From Camelus ferus (lineage: Eukaryota), in contig NC_045697.1 in assembly GCF_009834535.1 (NCBI RefSeq), forward strand, positions 62,312,001-62,376,000: DNA of 64,000 nt, given 5' to 3'. The notes beneath the pieces are model-generated. The model was not told where the DNA came from. It made no database searches and saw nothing but the letters and a program-made list of their open reading frames with translations. Position numbers and translations under genes: made by a program. Position 1 is the stretch's first letter. Each line of letters begins with the position of its first letter. Positions 63,160 through 64,000 of this stretch are shown in pieces.

Positions 63160-63353
63160 TTTTGTTTTTTTGAGTAAAGACAGATTTATTTAGAGAGATA
63201 CATATTGCATAGAGTGTAGGGTGTTTCAAAAGGCAAGAGAAAGGCCACGAGGTGTGGGGGTTGGGTGCTCAGGTTAAAGTAAAAGTATGTACACACTCCA
63301 TAGACAGAGTGTGGGCGGTCTCCTAAAAGGAGGAAGCAAGAGAGAGGTGGCTC
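63160..63353 (-). mobile_element. Isolated R region of family B LTR with A-tail
   Basis: Homologous only to about 57433-57592 of the solo LTR. AATAAA at 63185-63190, then an A-rich tail in place of U5. Confidence 0.75.
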
Positions 63354-63646
63354 ATGAATTGTTAAGAGTTACTTCTCTGACTTTTGTTCCACAGCTGTAA
63401 AGTCTTTCCCCAAGTAACCCTGTTAGGGTGGTCAGTCATGGAACCAGTACCAAATGTTTTCTGTATGCCTGCTAGGATAGGTACCAGAACACAACTGAAT
63501 ATCCTTTTTAAGGGTTCTTCAAAAGCTTGGCATCTGAGGGAAAGGGAGAAGATGTGGCCTGTATAAATCACCAACCAGATTTTAAAAATCCCTTATGAAC
63601 AAGAATTGACCTTAATCACATCCTTTAAACTATTTCCTTCTTGCAG

Positions 63647-63690
63647 CCTCTCTGAATGCTCATTTTGGCGAACCTTCAGAATACAGAACA
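63647..63690 (+). CDS. SPINK2: SPINK2-type exon 2 (ASLNAHFGEPSEYRT); Kazal-domain exons lie beyond the window
   Basis: tttccttcttgcag| 44 nt |gtaagt, in frame with exon 1. Resembles recalled human SPINK2 ASLIPQFGLFSKYRT. Confidence 0.85.
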
Positions 63691-64000
63691 GTAAGTAGGA
63701 AACCACTTGTTTTGTCTCAGCTAATACAGTGAAGCCCATGACAGTTTGGTTGGGATGCTGGTTTTCAGGTCTGACCTGCTGCTTTTGAAACTACTGAGTG
63801 CTTCTTTAGCAACCAGATTTGCAGGCAGGCCTTTTGATATATAGATCACAATGTAAATTTGGTTGAAAGTAGGTCAGGCCTTGAAGGCCTAAGGGCTTTG
63901 TTTCCTTCAATATTTCCTTTAATGATTCAGAAAGTCCTAGGCCTAAAAATTACACTTTGTACTAGACATTTTATATATATTGTCAAATTATTTCTGTGGA

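Overview
Mammalian genomic DNA, probably camelid (inferred from the tRNA-derived SINE type and L1 3' ends). It holds the complete coding region of REST/NRSF on the minus strand: non-coding exon 1 in a CpG island, three coding exons giving 976 aa, and the neural poison exon N. The first two exons of a SPINK2-type Kazal inhibitor gene lie on the plus strand at the right end. The ~44 kb between them is rich in L1, L2/MIR, MaLR, ERV solo LTRs and DNA-transposon fossils. The main hidden feature is a heavily decayed plus-strand reading frame, head-to-head with REST (about 18.7-30.3 kb). It shows, in order, many leucine-rich repeats, Roc-GTPase-like motifs and COR-like segments, so it is a candidate fossil ROCO (MFHAS1-like) unitary pseudogene broken up by old transposons. 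Other notable items are polyadenylated LTR-derived retrocopies (one made only of the R region), an apparent ATG-to-ACG start shift in SPINK2, and substitutions in two REST degradation motifs. All comparisons with human/rodent sequences and all repeat family names are from memory, and no searches were run.
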